Positions 24,766 through 36,024 of a stretch of 64,000 nt of DNA are shown piece by piece. Location: positions 217,560,001 to 217,624,000 of the forward strand of contig NC_058368.1 in the NCBI RefSeq assembly GCF_018350175.1. Direction: 5' to 3'. The notes under the pieces are model-generated. The model was given only the letters and a program-made list of their open reading frames with translations, was not told where the DNA came from and did not search any database. Each line of letters starts with the position of its first letter. Within the stretch, counting starts at the first letter, position 1. The stretch is from Felis catus. Taxonomy: Eukaryota. The position numbers were made by a program, and so were the translations under genes.

Positions 24766-26070
24766 TTAACATAATTTAGTTAGCATATAGTGCAACAATG
24801 ATTTCAGGAGTAGATTCCTTAATGCCCCTTACCCATTAGCCCATCCCCCCTCCCACAACCCCTCCAGCAAACCTCAGTTTGTTTTCCATATTTAAGAGTT
24901 TCTTATGTTTTGTCCCCCTCCCTGTTTTCATATCATTTTTGCTTCCCTTCCCTTATGTTCATCTGTTTTGTATATTAAAGTCCTCAAATGAGTGAAGTCA
25001 TATGGTATTTGTCTTTCTATGACTAATTTTGCTTAGCATAATACCCTCTAGTTCCATTCACGTAGTTGCAAATGGCAAGATTTCATTCTTTTTGAGTGCT
25101 GAGTAATACTCCATTGTATATATATACACCACATCTTCTTTATCCATTCATCCATCAATGGACATTTGGACTCTTTCCATACTTTGGCTATTGTTGATAG
25201 TGCTGCTATAAACATTGGGATGTGTGTGTCCCTTCGAAACAGCATACTTGTATCCTTTGGACAAATACCTAGTAGTGCAATTGCTGGGTCATAGGGTAGC
25301 TCTATTTCTACTTTTTCGAGGAACCTCCATACTGTTTACCAGAGTGGCTGCACCAGTTTGCATTGCCACCAACAGTGCAAAAGAGATCCTCTTTCTCTGC
25401 ATCCTCCCCAACATCTGTTGTTGCCTGAGTTGTTAATGTTAGCCATTCTGACAGGTGTGAGGTGGTATCTCATTGTGGTTTTGATTTGTATTTCCCTGAT
25501 GATGAGTGATGTTGAGCATTTTTTCATGTGTTGGTTGGCCATCTGGATGTCTTGTTTGGAGAAGCGTCTATTCTTGTCTTTTGCTCATTTCTTCACTGGA
25601 TTATTTGTTTTTTGGGTGTTGAGTTTGATAAGTCCTTTATAGATTTTAGATACTAACCCTTTATCTGATATGTCATTTGCAAGTATCTTCTCCCATTCCG
25701 TCAGTTGCCTTTTAGTTTTGCTGATTGTTTCCTTCGCTGTGCAGAAGCTTTTTATTTTAATGCGGTCCCAGTAGTTCATTTTTGCTTTTGTTTCCCTTGC
25801 CTCCAGAGATGTGTTGAGTAAGAAGTTGCTGCAGCCAAGGTCAAAGAGGTCTTGCCTGCTTTCTCCTCTAGGATTTTGATGGCTTCCTGTCTTACATTTA
25901 GGTCTTTCATCCATTTTGAGTTTATTTTTGTGTATGGTGTAAGAAAGTGGTCCAGGTTCATTCTTCTGCATGTCACTGTCCAGTTTTCCCAGCACCACTT
26001 GCTGAAGAGACTGCCTTTATTCCACTGGATATTCTTTCCTGCTTTGTCAAAGATTAGTTGGCCATACATT
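24766..26070 (-). mobile_element. 5'-truncated carnivore/felid L1 (about 1.3 kb; frameshifted ORF2 C-terminus plus 3'UTR)
   Basis: ORF track pieces [55 protein letters not shown] and PMFIAALSTIAKVWK are L1 ORF2. TSD tgttat(a/c)attgttatttt at 24748-24765 and 26071-26088. Confidence 0.96.
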
Positions 26071-26639
26071 TGTTATCATTGTTATTTTGATAGGACACTG
26101 GCAAAACCTGATTCAAGAGCTTCTCTTTGATATCAGTCTATCCTGCCAGTTTTCTAAAGACCTAAAACTAAATATTTAAAGCTGAGAGTTTACTTATGTT
26201 AACTATTCAGAAATCCTTATACAAAGCTGGCAGCTTTTATTTCTTCCAACAATTTCTGTTTTTCTTGAAATCATGTACAACATCATTCAGGTAAGTGTAA
26301 AATCTCAAATTGTAATGTGACAATAATTGAATATGAGGTTGTTGAAAAAATCAATAAATGACTTTAGAGATCTTAAATATATATTGAATAAATATGATAA
26401 CCCAATAATTAATTATATATATTCATATGTATGCCCACAGACATTTAGGTAATAAATGGAAGAATCATCAATTACTGTGAAAAATAGACATGTTAAAACA
26501 TATAGCCCTAAATAGTTCCTTGATTATGTAAGACTAATTTTAATGTCTACTTAAATTCATAGAATTTGTTATTTACATTTGTGTCACTTAAATGAGTTGT
26601 CAGACTTGTCTCTCCAACTGATATATACATCGATATATC

Positions 26640-26640
<1 letters not shown>

Positions 26641-26676
<36 letters not shown>
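26641..26676. repeat. (CTAT)9 microsatellite
   Basis: Direct reading. Confidence 0.95.
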
Positions 26677-28354
26677 GTAAAATAAAACACAATGCTATGT
26701 TGGAAAGATCACTGGCCAAGGAATCATATAACATGTATATGACTTTTGCCCAAACCATAAAATAATTGTGTAATCAGAAACAGCTTTCTTCATTTCTCTT
26801 ATCCTCATATATCTTACTGAAAAAAATTTAAATTATATGACCAAATCCAAATTTTCTAAAAAGATAGATGGTTAATTTATGTGGAAGTACTTTGTTGATT
26901 ACAAACAGTATAATAAGATATAAGTATATAATTGTGTTATAGTTACATTTCATTTGAGAAATTACCTGAAAGACATGATTGGAATTATTAAAATACTTTA
27001 TCTGAGTTTACACTATAGGGATAAGAAATAATGATATAATTTAGTTTAGATGTGGATTTTATATACTGAACATCCTACTTAATTACAATAATGCACAGTT
27101 GTTTTTTTTTTTTTTTTTTTTTTGGATTCACAAATAGCCAACAGCCTTTTTTCACAAATGCAATTGAAATATAATTATGGGAACAAGGGAATAATAATAA
27201 AACAATTTTCATTTTTTAAAGTTAACAAGATTCAAGTGAATTCCCTGATTACAAAATCAAAGTTAAAGCAAATTTAAAATATTGTACTTTATAATGCATC
27301 TGATGGTATTTATTTATCAACAAAAAATATGATTAAAATGCAGAACATTTAAGGCTGATAGAGATAATTAAGCATAGAAAATTTAGTAATCAGCTTGTTG
27401 CTATTGAATGAATAAAGGATAGGAAGAATTTTTAATAAACCCCATGAGATAAGAGCTTGCTAACTTTAAAACAAAGTGCAATAAAAAACGTTTTATAATG
27501 TGTCCTTTTGTCTAAAAGCAGAGGAATGTGCGGGTGTTAAATTGGCCACAGGAGGCATACACTATTATTCCTAAATGTGAAAGAATTATGCTAAGAATTA
27601 TAAGGAAAAGAATCTACTTAGTGAAAGGGATTCAAGTTCAAATAAACAGTCTATAATTTATATGAATCATGTTCTAAAGTTCATATTTAATCCCACATTA
27701 TGCAAATGTTTATGCATATTGTTCTTATTTTACTGAAAAAATGGACTGTAGTCCATTTGTTGGGAAGAAAACCAACAGAGTTCTTTTAAGAGCATATTTT
27801 CCTCCCAGCTGAGCTCTTTCCTTATCTCTATTAGCTTGTTTAGGCAATGGAATATTAAGTCAATCTCATTTGTGATCCCAGACTCAAATTGAGGATTATC
27901 TATTTAGGCGTGAGTCAACTAATTTTATAAATACGTATTAAGCACCTACTATATATCAATAACCATTTTATGCAGAATACAGTGACTTACAGAGTATCTC
28001 ACCACCATACATGTTATATCATAACTAGAAAAACCCATCAATAAATACATAATCCACTAAAACGAAAGAGATCATTAAAATCATGGTAAATACTATATAG
28101 GAAATAAATGGATGGTATGAAAGAAATCAATAAAGACTGAAGTGGGGTAGGGTGTTTTTGAAAAAGTTGTTATAGAAGACTCCTCAAGAAAGCAGAATAT
28201 GATGGAAAAACTGAAAATAATAAAACGGAGATGGCTATGGATGAACCAAGTAAGACCGTTCCAGGTCACACTGGGAGGAAAGAAAGACCCTGAATAGGGC
28301 AAAAGCAGGTGAAGGAGGCCCCAGGTGCGCGCACATGGAGCATCATTATCTAGC

Positions 28355-28830
28355 AACAGTACAATTCATACCAGGAGCACTGACATCAGTCCAACAGAAT
28401 TCAAATCCTGAATGCCTTCCACCTTTCCCACAGGTGTCTACCACCTTGTGATAACAGCAGGTTATTTAAACAAGCAAAGCCTCAGTTTGCCCCTTTGTCC
28501 AATGTGACATCCCTTCCTGGTAATATTTCTGTGATGGGAGTTAAAGAAACGATGCTTGAAAAAAGACTCAGAATAGTGTCTAGAACACAGAATGTACGTT
28601 AAGATAATGTTGGTTGCCAGGCTCACAGATGTCAGGAGGCTATTTCTGGACCAGTGCAGCCCAAGGCAAGGGGGTACCTGGATTTAATTCTCAGTTCTTC
28701 TGGGTCTGCTTATATAAACTTGGGCAAGCCAATTAACCTCTCTGTGCCTCAGTTTCCTCATCATAATATAAGGGATTATGGAAGAACTCATTTTAAAGAG
28801 TTGTCATAAATATATAGATTGAATTAGTAG
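28355..28830 (+). mobile_element. Two MIR fragments (about 28355-28615 and 28675-28830)
   Basis: cttgggcaagccaattaacctctctgtgcctcagtttcctcatc MIR core at about 28719-28763; gcctcagtttgcccctttgt and agaatagtgtctagaacacag in the first fragment. Confidence 0.7.
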
Positions 28831-29104
28831 GACAGCGAATCATTTCACTTCCTATGATTAATATGTTAGTAATAGTACCAGTATAAAAGTGGCCAGAAAT
28901 AAGAAAAAAACTTGATTCTTCATTTTCCTAATAGATCATCTTTTATAAGAGGTGTCCCTGCTATAAGCGACCCCACAAAAATGGCACAATTTACTCAACA
29001 CACAAACTAATAATCTAAAAGCTATACTTTATGTATCTTTTTTCACCTTCAATATTTGGAGCATAAGCAGGTAGCATCTACTCTTATTGACGTGTCAATA
29101 CTTG

Positions 29105-29590
29105 GATTGTATTCATGCCTTAGGTCCATTTCTCCAGAGTTGGATCCTGAACCAAGGATTAGTATACAATTGATTAGTTAACAAATTGCTTCCAGGTCAG
29201 AAAGTGAGAAAGAGCATGGGAAAACAGAATCCAAACAGGGTGTGATTTCAAAGTTTCAGTCTCCATGAGTCTGTAGGGGAACTCTGGGATGTAAATAAAG
29301 TGTGAATTTCCACATTTTTGCACCTGTTAGACAATGGCTCAGGGATTTCACGGGAGATGATTGTAAACTTGTAGGCACTTTAGGCACCCTGTGCGTGTGA
29401 GCAGAGTGGTTCCAGTAGCCAAAGGAAGTCCTCCAAAGAGAGTTGCAGGTGCAGGTCATTAGAGGCAAAAGCCTGAAAAAATTTTAGTGCATGTGGTGTG
29501 TGTGCGTGTGCGTGTGCATGTGTGTGTGTGTGTGTCCATATTAAAGAATGAAGGGAACCTGAGCACAGTGTCAGTGTCCACTGGAAACCA
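29105..29590. mobile_element. Ancient ERVL-type LTR (LTR33/LTR16-like) containing a (TG)n tract at about 29497-29535
   Basis: ggatcctgaaccaaggattagtatacaattgatt...gccaaaggaagtcctccaaagaga motif pattern. Confidence 0.45.
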
Positions 29591-30541
29591 CTTCTCCATA
29601 TGCCACTGCCATCTTTTTCTTAACTTGAGAGATAGACTCTAACTGATCTCCCCCTTAACCAAATTTCTTGCTTACCCTCTAACCTACTTTCCACTCTGCA
29701 GCCAGATTGATCTTTTCTAACCATTTCATGTTAAAAATCTTCCAACTGATTTCCATTGCACTGAAAATGAATGCATTTTTTTTTTTACTCTAGCTTATAA
29801 AGACCTATGGGATCCTGGCCTCTGCCTAAGTCTCTGGCTCCACCAAATACAACTTAGCTTTTCTGCTTAAACGCTTATTTCCATCTGAAGTGGGTATCAC
29901 AGTTAGAACAGACCACAGGAAATGAAGAATGCTCTCTAATTTCTCTTGCAAGAGTGGTCAGTAAAAATGATGGTGAAAAGAGATTTCCCACTGGGGGGAA
30001 AACAGGTGTCCAGTGTGGTCAACTAAGGAATTTGTTGTATTTTATCAAAGTGAGACACCAGCTGTTCTTGAGATCCTTCGGCTGCTCATTTCCTACTCAC
30101 CATCACTGTTCAAACCATGCGGGGCATGTTCTGAGCTAGTGGCCACCAGATGGTACTTTTCCATTGCACTTTTTGACTCTGTACTTTTCTGATATTTATT
30201 TCAGTGTTTTACATCTGTTGTGGTTAAATTTACCAATTTCCTATAGTTTACAGGATTACAAATAGCCACATAAAGTACTAAGAAAGACAAGTACCTGAGA
30301 TTTCAGAGTCAAAAAGTAATGTGATTTTAATTTCTCTCATTTTGCAGTGTGAGGATTTGTGATTATATATGTGTATTTTGTTAAATAAGGAGTTTTTTTT
30401 AAATAATAGGGATGGAAATTAGAGTACATGTGTGCTGGACAGAGCCAACAGCTGTGGACCATAGCAAGCATCCGTACCATTATCTGCCAATCACCATTCC
30501 TTATCTGATATATGACTATGACTATAGTGGAAGCAACCACG

Positions 30542-30568
30542 GATGATGATGATGATGATGATGATGAT
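30542..30568. repeat. (GAT)9 microsatellite at the edge of MIR-like sequence
   Basis: Direct reading. Confidence 0.93.
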
Positions 30569-31839
30569 GGCATTAACATGTTCACAATTTGTATGCTAGC
30601 ACTATGCTAACTTCTTTACATATATTATCTTTTGTAAAACATTGTTTAAGGCTGTGTATCTAGTTCCAATACTTACTACTTGTGCATTTGCCAGATTACT
30701 TAAATTCTTCACATGCAGTTTTCTCATGGGTATACACTGTTGTAGAAATAAAATTTTTGTGATACAAATAAGTATTACTTTGTATTCCTAAAGGTTTAAA
30801 ATGAAATTAATAACAATGTTTTGTGAGTCAGGTAATAATTATTCTACCTTTCTAGGAGTAAGTAGTTGAGACCAAGTAAATATCACCAAATCTCACAGAT
30901 AATAATGGAAAAGCCAAGTCAGAGGCACATGTTTGACCTTTATGCCTTGATAACAACAACTGACTCCAGAGACTTATGGTCCAGTGTTGGGCATCTGGCC
31001 TAAGCCAGGTAAATTAGAGTCCATTCCCACAATTTTTCAAACTCAAATTAGAAAACACTGTCAGTTGCTTTCTGGATTGGAAGATGTTGAATCTGAACTT
31101 TATATATTCCTATATGCCATCAGGTTGAGGAGGCTTAGTTGAAAGCAAGAGAGGAGAGAGGGGTGAGCAAGAGAGAATAGTATTAAAGTACCCACGCCCC
31201 TAATTCCTGTTTTCATGAGCAGGAAAGGCCTAATTGCTTCTTTGCTCCTTTCATTTCTTCCTTTCCCCATTTAGTTTGATTTTATATTCCAGTGAATTCT
31301 TCCTTTGCCTACATTAGTTTGAGATGGGTTTCTATTGCTTACCAATATCATTACCATCAGCAGCAGCATTATTAGGATTTCACATCTTCTGAATGTTTTC
31401 AAATGAAACCAATTTGTTTTGCTAATAAACAAAATTAATTCTGAAATACCAAATGAACTAGTGTTTTTTTCACTTCAAGAAAATTCAACTTACCATATCA
31501 ACAGAGAGACAGTGTTGCAAGATTCTCGATCAAGTTATCTCATAGCTAAGATGCCCATGTCGAATTTTACCACATCAGTTTTGTGTACTCATTTTTCCTA
31601 TTATTTTAGGAAATAAATATGTGTTGTTGTTTTTAGTTATCAGGTAAAGTGTGTCCATTTAGAGTATGCTCTTTTCAGCCTCAAGTAAATTTGAGTGAGT
31701 TATTCAACTGACTGTCAGGAAAAATACAGTTATCAATTATAAAGGATCAACATAGTATGGTGTTAGGTATTGCGGGACATAATCCAAAGTATATTTGGTA
31801 CAAGTTAGTTTGCCTTGAGGAAATACCTTATCATGGTAC

Positions 31840-31917
31840 AGAAGAACAAGGAGGAAGAAGACGAAGAGGAGGAAGAGGAGAGGGAAAAGGAAAAGGTGGA
31901 GGAGAAGAAGAAACAGA
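31840..31917. repeat. Purine-rich (GA-rich) low-complexity tract
   Basis: agaagaacaaggaggaagaagacgaagaggaggaagaggagagggaaaaggaaaaggtggaggagaagaagaaacag. Confidence 0.85.
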
Positions 31918-32342
31918 TTGTAAAAGTTGATAGCTTGTGCACTGAAAACAGTGTTACTAAAGGTATATAAGCTCATATATATGTATATATTAATAAATAC
32001 ACTAGTTTTTATTAGTCTTAAAGACTCAGGAACATTCAGTATGATCTTTGGTATATTGTAGAGCTTAATTTTTTTCAAATACTTGGTATTTTAAATTACA
32101 AATATGTTCTCATTTATATGCTGCAGTATAGTGATATTAAAGTCACCTGTTAAATTTCTGTTTAGTTTATCTGTGCTACACGTCTCCTCACCTCGCTATA
32201 TGATATGTGAGCTATATGATGTGATATGTTTAATGATAAGTCATTGATGTAACATGGAAAAATAATGTATATATATTATTTATAAAATCTTAATATTTAG
32301 AAAAGTTTTATAGTTTACAGGTTATGTGAAAATGAAACACAA

Positions 32343-32376
32343 CCTAATAAGCCATTTTTCTCTCTCTACTCCTTAG
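32343..32376 (+). promoter_or_regulatory. Splice acceptor of the CDH9 exon (branch point, polypyrimidine tract, AG)
   Basis: cctaat (candidate branch A at 32347), then tttttctctctctactccttag. Confidence 0.85.
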
Positions 32377-32425
32377 GGGAATTGGACAGTACATTGAATT
32401 TGATATCCTACTGAAGCTGCTTATA
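32377..32425 (+). other. CDH9: 5' UTR part (49 nt) of the CDH9 ATG-containing exon
   Basis: Follows the acceptor ccttag| at 32376 and contains no upstream ATG. Start context ataATGa has A at -3. Confidence 0.85.
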
Positions 32426-32653
32426 ATGAGGACATACTATTGCCTATCACTATTCATCTGGACCTATATGTTTCATACAGTTGATGCTATTCCATTAGAA
32501 GAAAAAGCTAGTAGGGATTTGCCAAGCAAAAGGGTTGTGGATCTGACAAAAGATGATAGTAAAATGTTACATCGTACCAAGCGTGGCTGGATGTGGAATC
32601 AGTTCTTCTTGTTGGAAGAGTACACAGGTACAGACACACAGTATGTTGGCAAG
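32426..32653 (+). CDS. CDH9: Cadherin-9 (type II classical cadherin), coding part of the first coding exon: signal peptide, prodomain and first residues of EC1
   Basis: Translates [80 protein letters not shown] is a proprotein-convertase site and GWxWNQFF is the type II cadherin N-terminus. The [16 protein letters not shown] leader and [13 protein letters not shown] match CDH9 as I recall it. 228 nt (76 codons), ending at the phase-0 donor AAG|gtaaga. Confidence 0.96.
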
Positions 32654-32659
32654 GTAAGA
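32651..32659 (+). promoter_or_regulatory. Splice donor of the CDH9 exon
   Basis: AAG|gtaaga, a near-consensus U2 donor exactly where cadherin similarity (YVGK) stops. Confidence 0.92.
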
Positions 32660-33798
32660 ATTTTTATGTGATAAATCTAGAAGCTGAAAGTGATGGCAAT
32701 TTATTTACTTTTTACAGCAACTTCCCATATTATTAATGATTATTTTACAATATTTGACTAATTATGGTGTGCAGAAGGCATAATATTGCAAATGTTTTCA
32801 GTAGGGTAGTATGGGTAATGTGATTTACTCAGGTAGCTAAATGTAGGTCAGTGTCCATAGCATTATTAATCATCAATATATGATTTATATTTATATATTT
32901 ATGGATGTGCATCTAAAATGTTTTAAAAACGTTCTTTGAAATTTAATTTAAAGCATCGGATAAAGAATAACTTAGTGTGCTATATGAGGCAAAACAAAAT
33001 GCAATTATAGTATACCAAAATTACTAAAATATATTGGTGACTACTAATAAACAATTTATCATAATTAAGAATAGTCTGCTGTGTATGAGAAGTAAATAAG
33101 TATAAATACTTCTCTCTCGGTAGTCTGTTTCTTAATTATCAGTCAAACTGAACGACTTCTCGCCTGTAATCCGGACCAAAGGGCTCAAGGAGAAGGAGAA
33201 AGAAAACAGAAGTAGAAAGAAGGCAGTACCTTCGGGAAGGTTAAAACCATCCTAACAGCAATAGTGGCTCATTAGCAGTTTGGAACAAACCGCGATAGAG
33301 AATACGTAACTCTCCTTCTTGTATTCAACTTTGAGAAAATAGACTCATAAACTTTCTCTTCCTCTTTTCTGTCTTCCTCAAAATAGATGACATGATCGTT
33401 CCAACACCCAGAATTTTCTATTTATCTAATATCTACCAATCTCACTCATACCATTCTACATGCAAGACAAATCCTTTGTTTATTGGATTATTCCAGATAT
33501 GTGCCTAATGCTGAGATACTTTCAAATTCTAAGAATAAAACAAAATAAACAATGATGAATACTAACATTGCTCATAAATCACATACTTTTTTTTCTTGAT
33601 TCTTTGCACATGATACTAGAAATGACTGTGATGGTCACAGTATTTTTTGAGTTACTAGCAACACGAGGCAGATAAGATAGAATGGGCCAAAAATAAAAAC
33701 ATAAAAAGCATCTAATATCACAAAAGTCATGCCTATATTGCTTTTAAACTAGAAACACATTTATTCTGTGAAATTGCCAAAATCTTGTTCTAATTTTT

Positions 33799-33800
<2 letters not shown>

Positions 33801-33834
<34 letters not shown>
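33801..33834. repeat. (GT)17 microsatellite
   Basis: Direct reading. Confidence 0.97.
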
Positions 33835-33836
<2 letters not shown>

Positions 33837-35634
33837 CAGTGTATTTTTTTCAACTGCAGCTTCTTTTATCAGAAGCCTATTATTTCCTCTTCTTTTGATA
33901 TCTCCTCCCCTGGTTCCACAGGTCACACTCATTTTGCCCCATATAGTTCACTTGCTGATTCTTTTTTTTTCCCTCTTATTTCTCCTCAGGTTAGTCATAG
34001 GGCATCCCCCAGCATCCCTCATTTAACATCACTTCTCACACTATAGTTAATAACTAACATCAGGATATTTCAAGTTCAACTGACAAATGTTTGTGTCTAA
34101 GGATTTGAAATTGCCTTATGATTCTTTTTCTAAGGCAGTGTATAAAGGGCACATTCAGTTCACAAGGTCTTACATAGAGGGTTTCATCCTTGGAGATTCA
34201 CAGATGCAGAAGAATAGCTACAGATAAAAAGAGATGCTCAATCGTAAGGCAATCAAGACTCCACTACAAGCATTTATTTTTAGCTGTAAACAAAGATGCT
34301 TCCTTCTAAAAATTATGTGTGCATTGATTAACAGACACCATTACTGCACCGACATTTTAAAATATGCACTATGGTTTAGAACTTTTTGTACCATCCTGCT
34401 TTTTTTTAATTAGTTCTGTAATCTGTCAAAAATAGTTACTAAAATGTGTGCATAGTTTTATTTAATTAGTTTTCATAAAATGTTTGATCACTTGTCTTTG
34501 GACAATAACCTGTTTTTTTAAGCCATACACAAGTTAAGGTGTTCAATTTTTTACTGGTTATTTATCCTTGACAACCCTATTATGAGCCAAAGGTAGAAAA
34601 CCGATTATAATAATAACAATTTTTGTCAAATGAAGATAATCAAACCAAAAGGTTATGTCAACTATTTTTATACTATATTTGGAAAGCAATATGTATATGA
34701 AAGAGAAGCTTCAACAAAACACTCATTACTTTTTCGAAAAAAAATGATTTCTCTGTTTTGAAATAGGGCCTTTTCTTAGATATGCCATGCACTATATATG
34801 GAGTTCACTATAAAAGTAGGCTTCCAACTACTCTTTACTTTCATTAACTTCTTAAGGGTCTGTGAACTCCTAACCTGTTCTCTTGCCTTTCAACATTATC
34901 ATTCATTTGCATATGCAGAGCCTAGCTAGGACTTTACTTGGTCAAACTTGAGTCCTTCACTTAGGACTCAACTTGGTCAAACACATGAACACCAAACAGA
35001 TGGTCTTTTTGACCACATTGTTCTGTTTGCCTAGTCTTCTGGGATCCACTACCGTGGCAACCTCCATGTGATGTAAAGGCCTGCCATATTTACCATGTAC
35101 CATGATTCAAAAAGAATATGTAGCCTCTAATGGAAAGAAATTTTCATATTTTTTCCTAGTTTTCCAGAGGCTTGGCATTGCAGACAATATTAAGACCTAT
35201 TGTAATTTATAGGTGACATAAAATTGTATAAAGTTGGAAGGATATATAATCCTTGGATGAAAAATTCAAGGTTTGATCCTGAATTTAAATGAAGAAGTTT
35301 TAAAACAAGTAAGAAAATAGTAGCAGTAAAATGTAACAAAATGTACATGCACATAAACATGCAATTTACAAGGGTCAGTCCTGGTTTTGCAATTTAGTAA
35401 TCACATACAATTTAGAAATTAACTAAACTTTCCAAACCTCAAATTCTTGTTAGGTTAAATTGTTATTAAGATCTCTTTAACTTTAAAATTCTGATGTTTT
35501 CTAGGATTGCGGATGGGACTGCATTTGTGTACAAGAAGGGATAGTAAAAATTTAACAAAATTTGCATGTGGATAAATCCAAGGAGGTGGGATTGCATATG
35601 GCATGATATGCAAGTGAAACACTTGTGTGCACAT

Positions 35635-35635
<1 letters not shown>

Positions 35636-35667
<32 letters not shown>
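35636..35667. repeat. (CA)16 microsatellite
   Basis: Direct reading. Confidence 0.97.
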
Positions 35668-35670
<3 letters not shown>

Positions 35671-35971
35671 TAGCTTAATAGGATGAAGTTAGACTACTAC
35701 TGTCAAAGGCTCAGAATTCCATGCTGAGTTGTTTTATATACAGCATGGAAGCTGAACCCTGTTGAAAGCTTTTGTACTAGTTCATTATTGGTGGAGCACA
35801 AGTCTGGGATGCTCGGTTTGCTTTCATTGCTAGGATGGACTGGAGGAGCAAAAAAAGGAATCACAATGATATTTTTAAAAGGAAAAATAAGGGGGTATTT
35901 CTGTATGTCATTTCCTATTTTTTGCAAGACAGGACAGAAAAGTGAGGAATGTTAAAATTAAGAGTAGTTTT

Positions 35972-36024
35972 TGTATGTTAACTATACTGGATTTAAAATT
36001 TTTAAAAGAAATGAAAAATAAAAA
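35972..36024 (+). mobile_element. L1 micro-insertion (last ~25 nt of a carnivore L1 plus A-tail)
   Basis: tgtatgttaactatactgga is identical to 15336-15355 at the L1 3' terminus. TSD taaaattaagagta(g/a)tttt at 35953-35971 and 36025-36043. Confidence 0.8.

Noticed and set aside
25048..26069. L1 ORF2-like ORFs as a functional gene
   Set aside because: 5'-truncated and split across frames; a dead retrotransposon fragment.
32654..32671. ORF-track extension ...VGKVRIFM* giving an 81-aa protein
   Set aside because: Read-through into the intron past a strong AAG|gtaaga donor; nothing in the sequence supports a retained-intron product.
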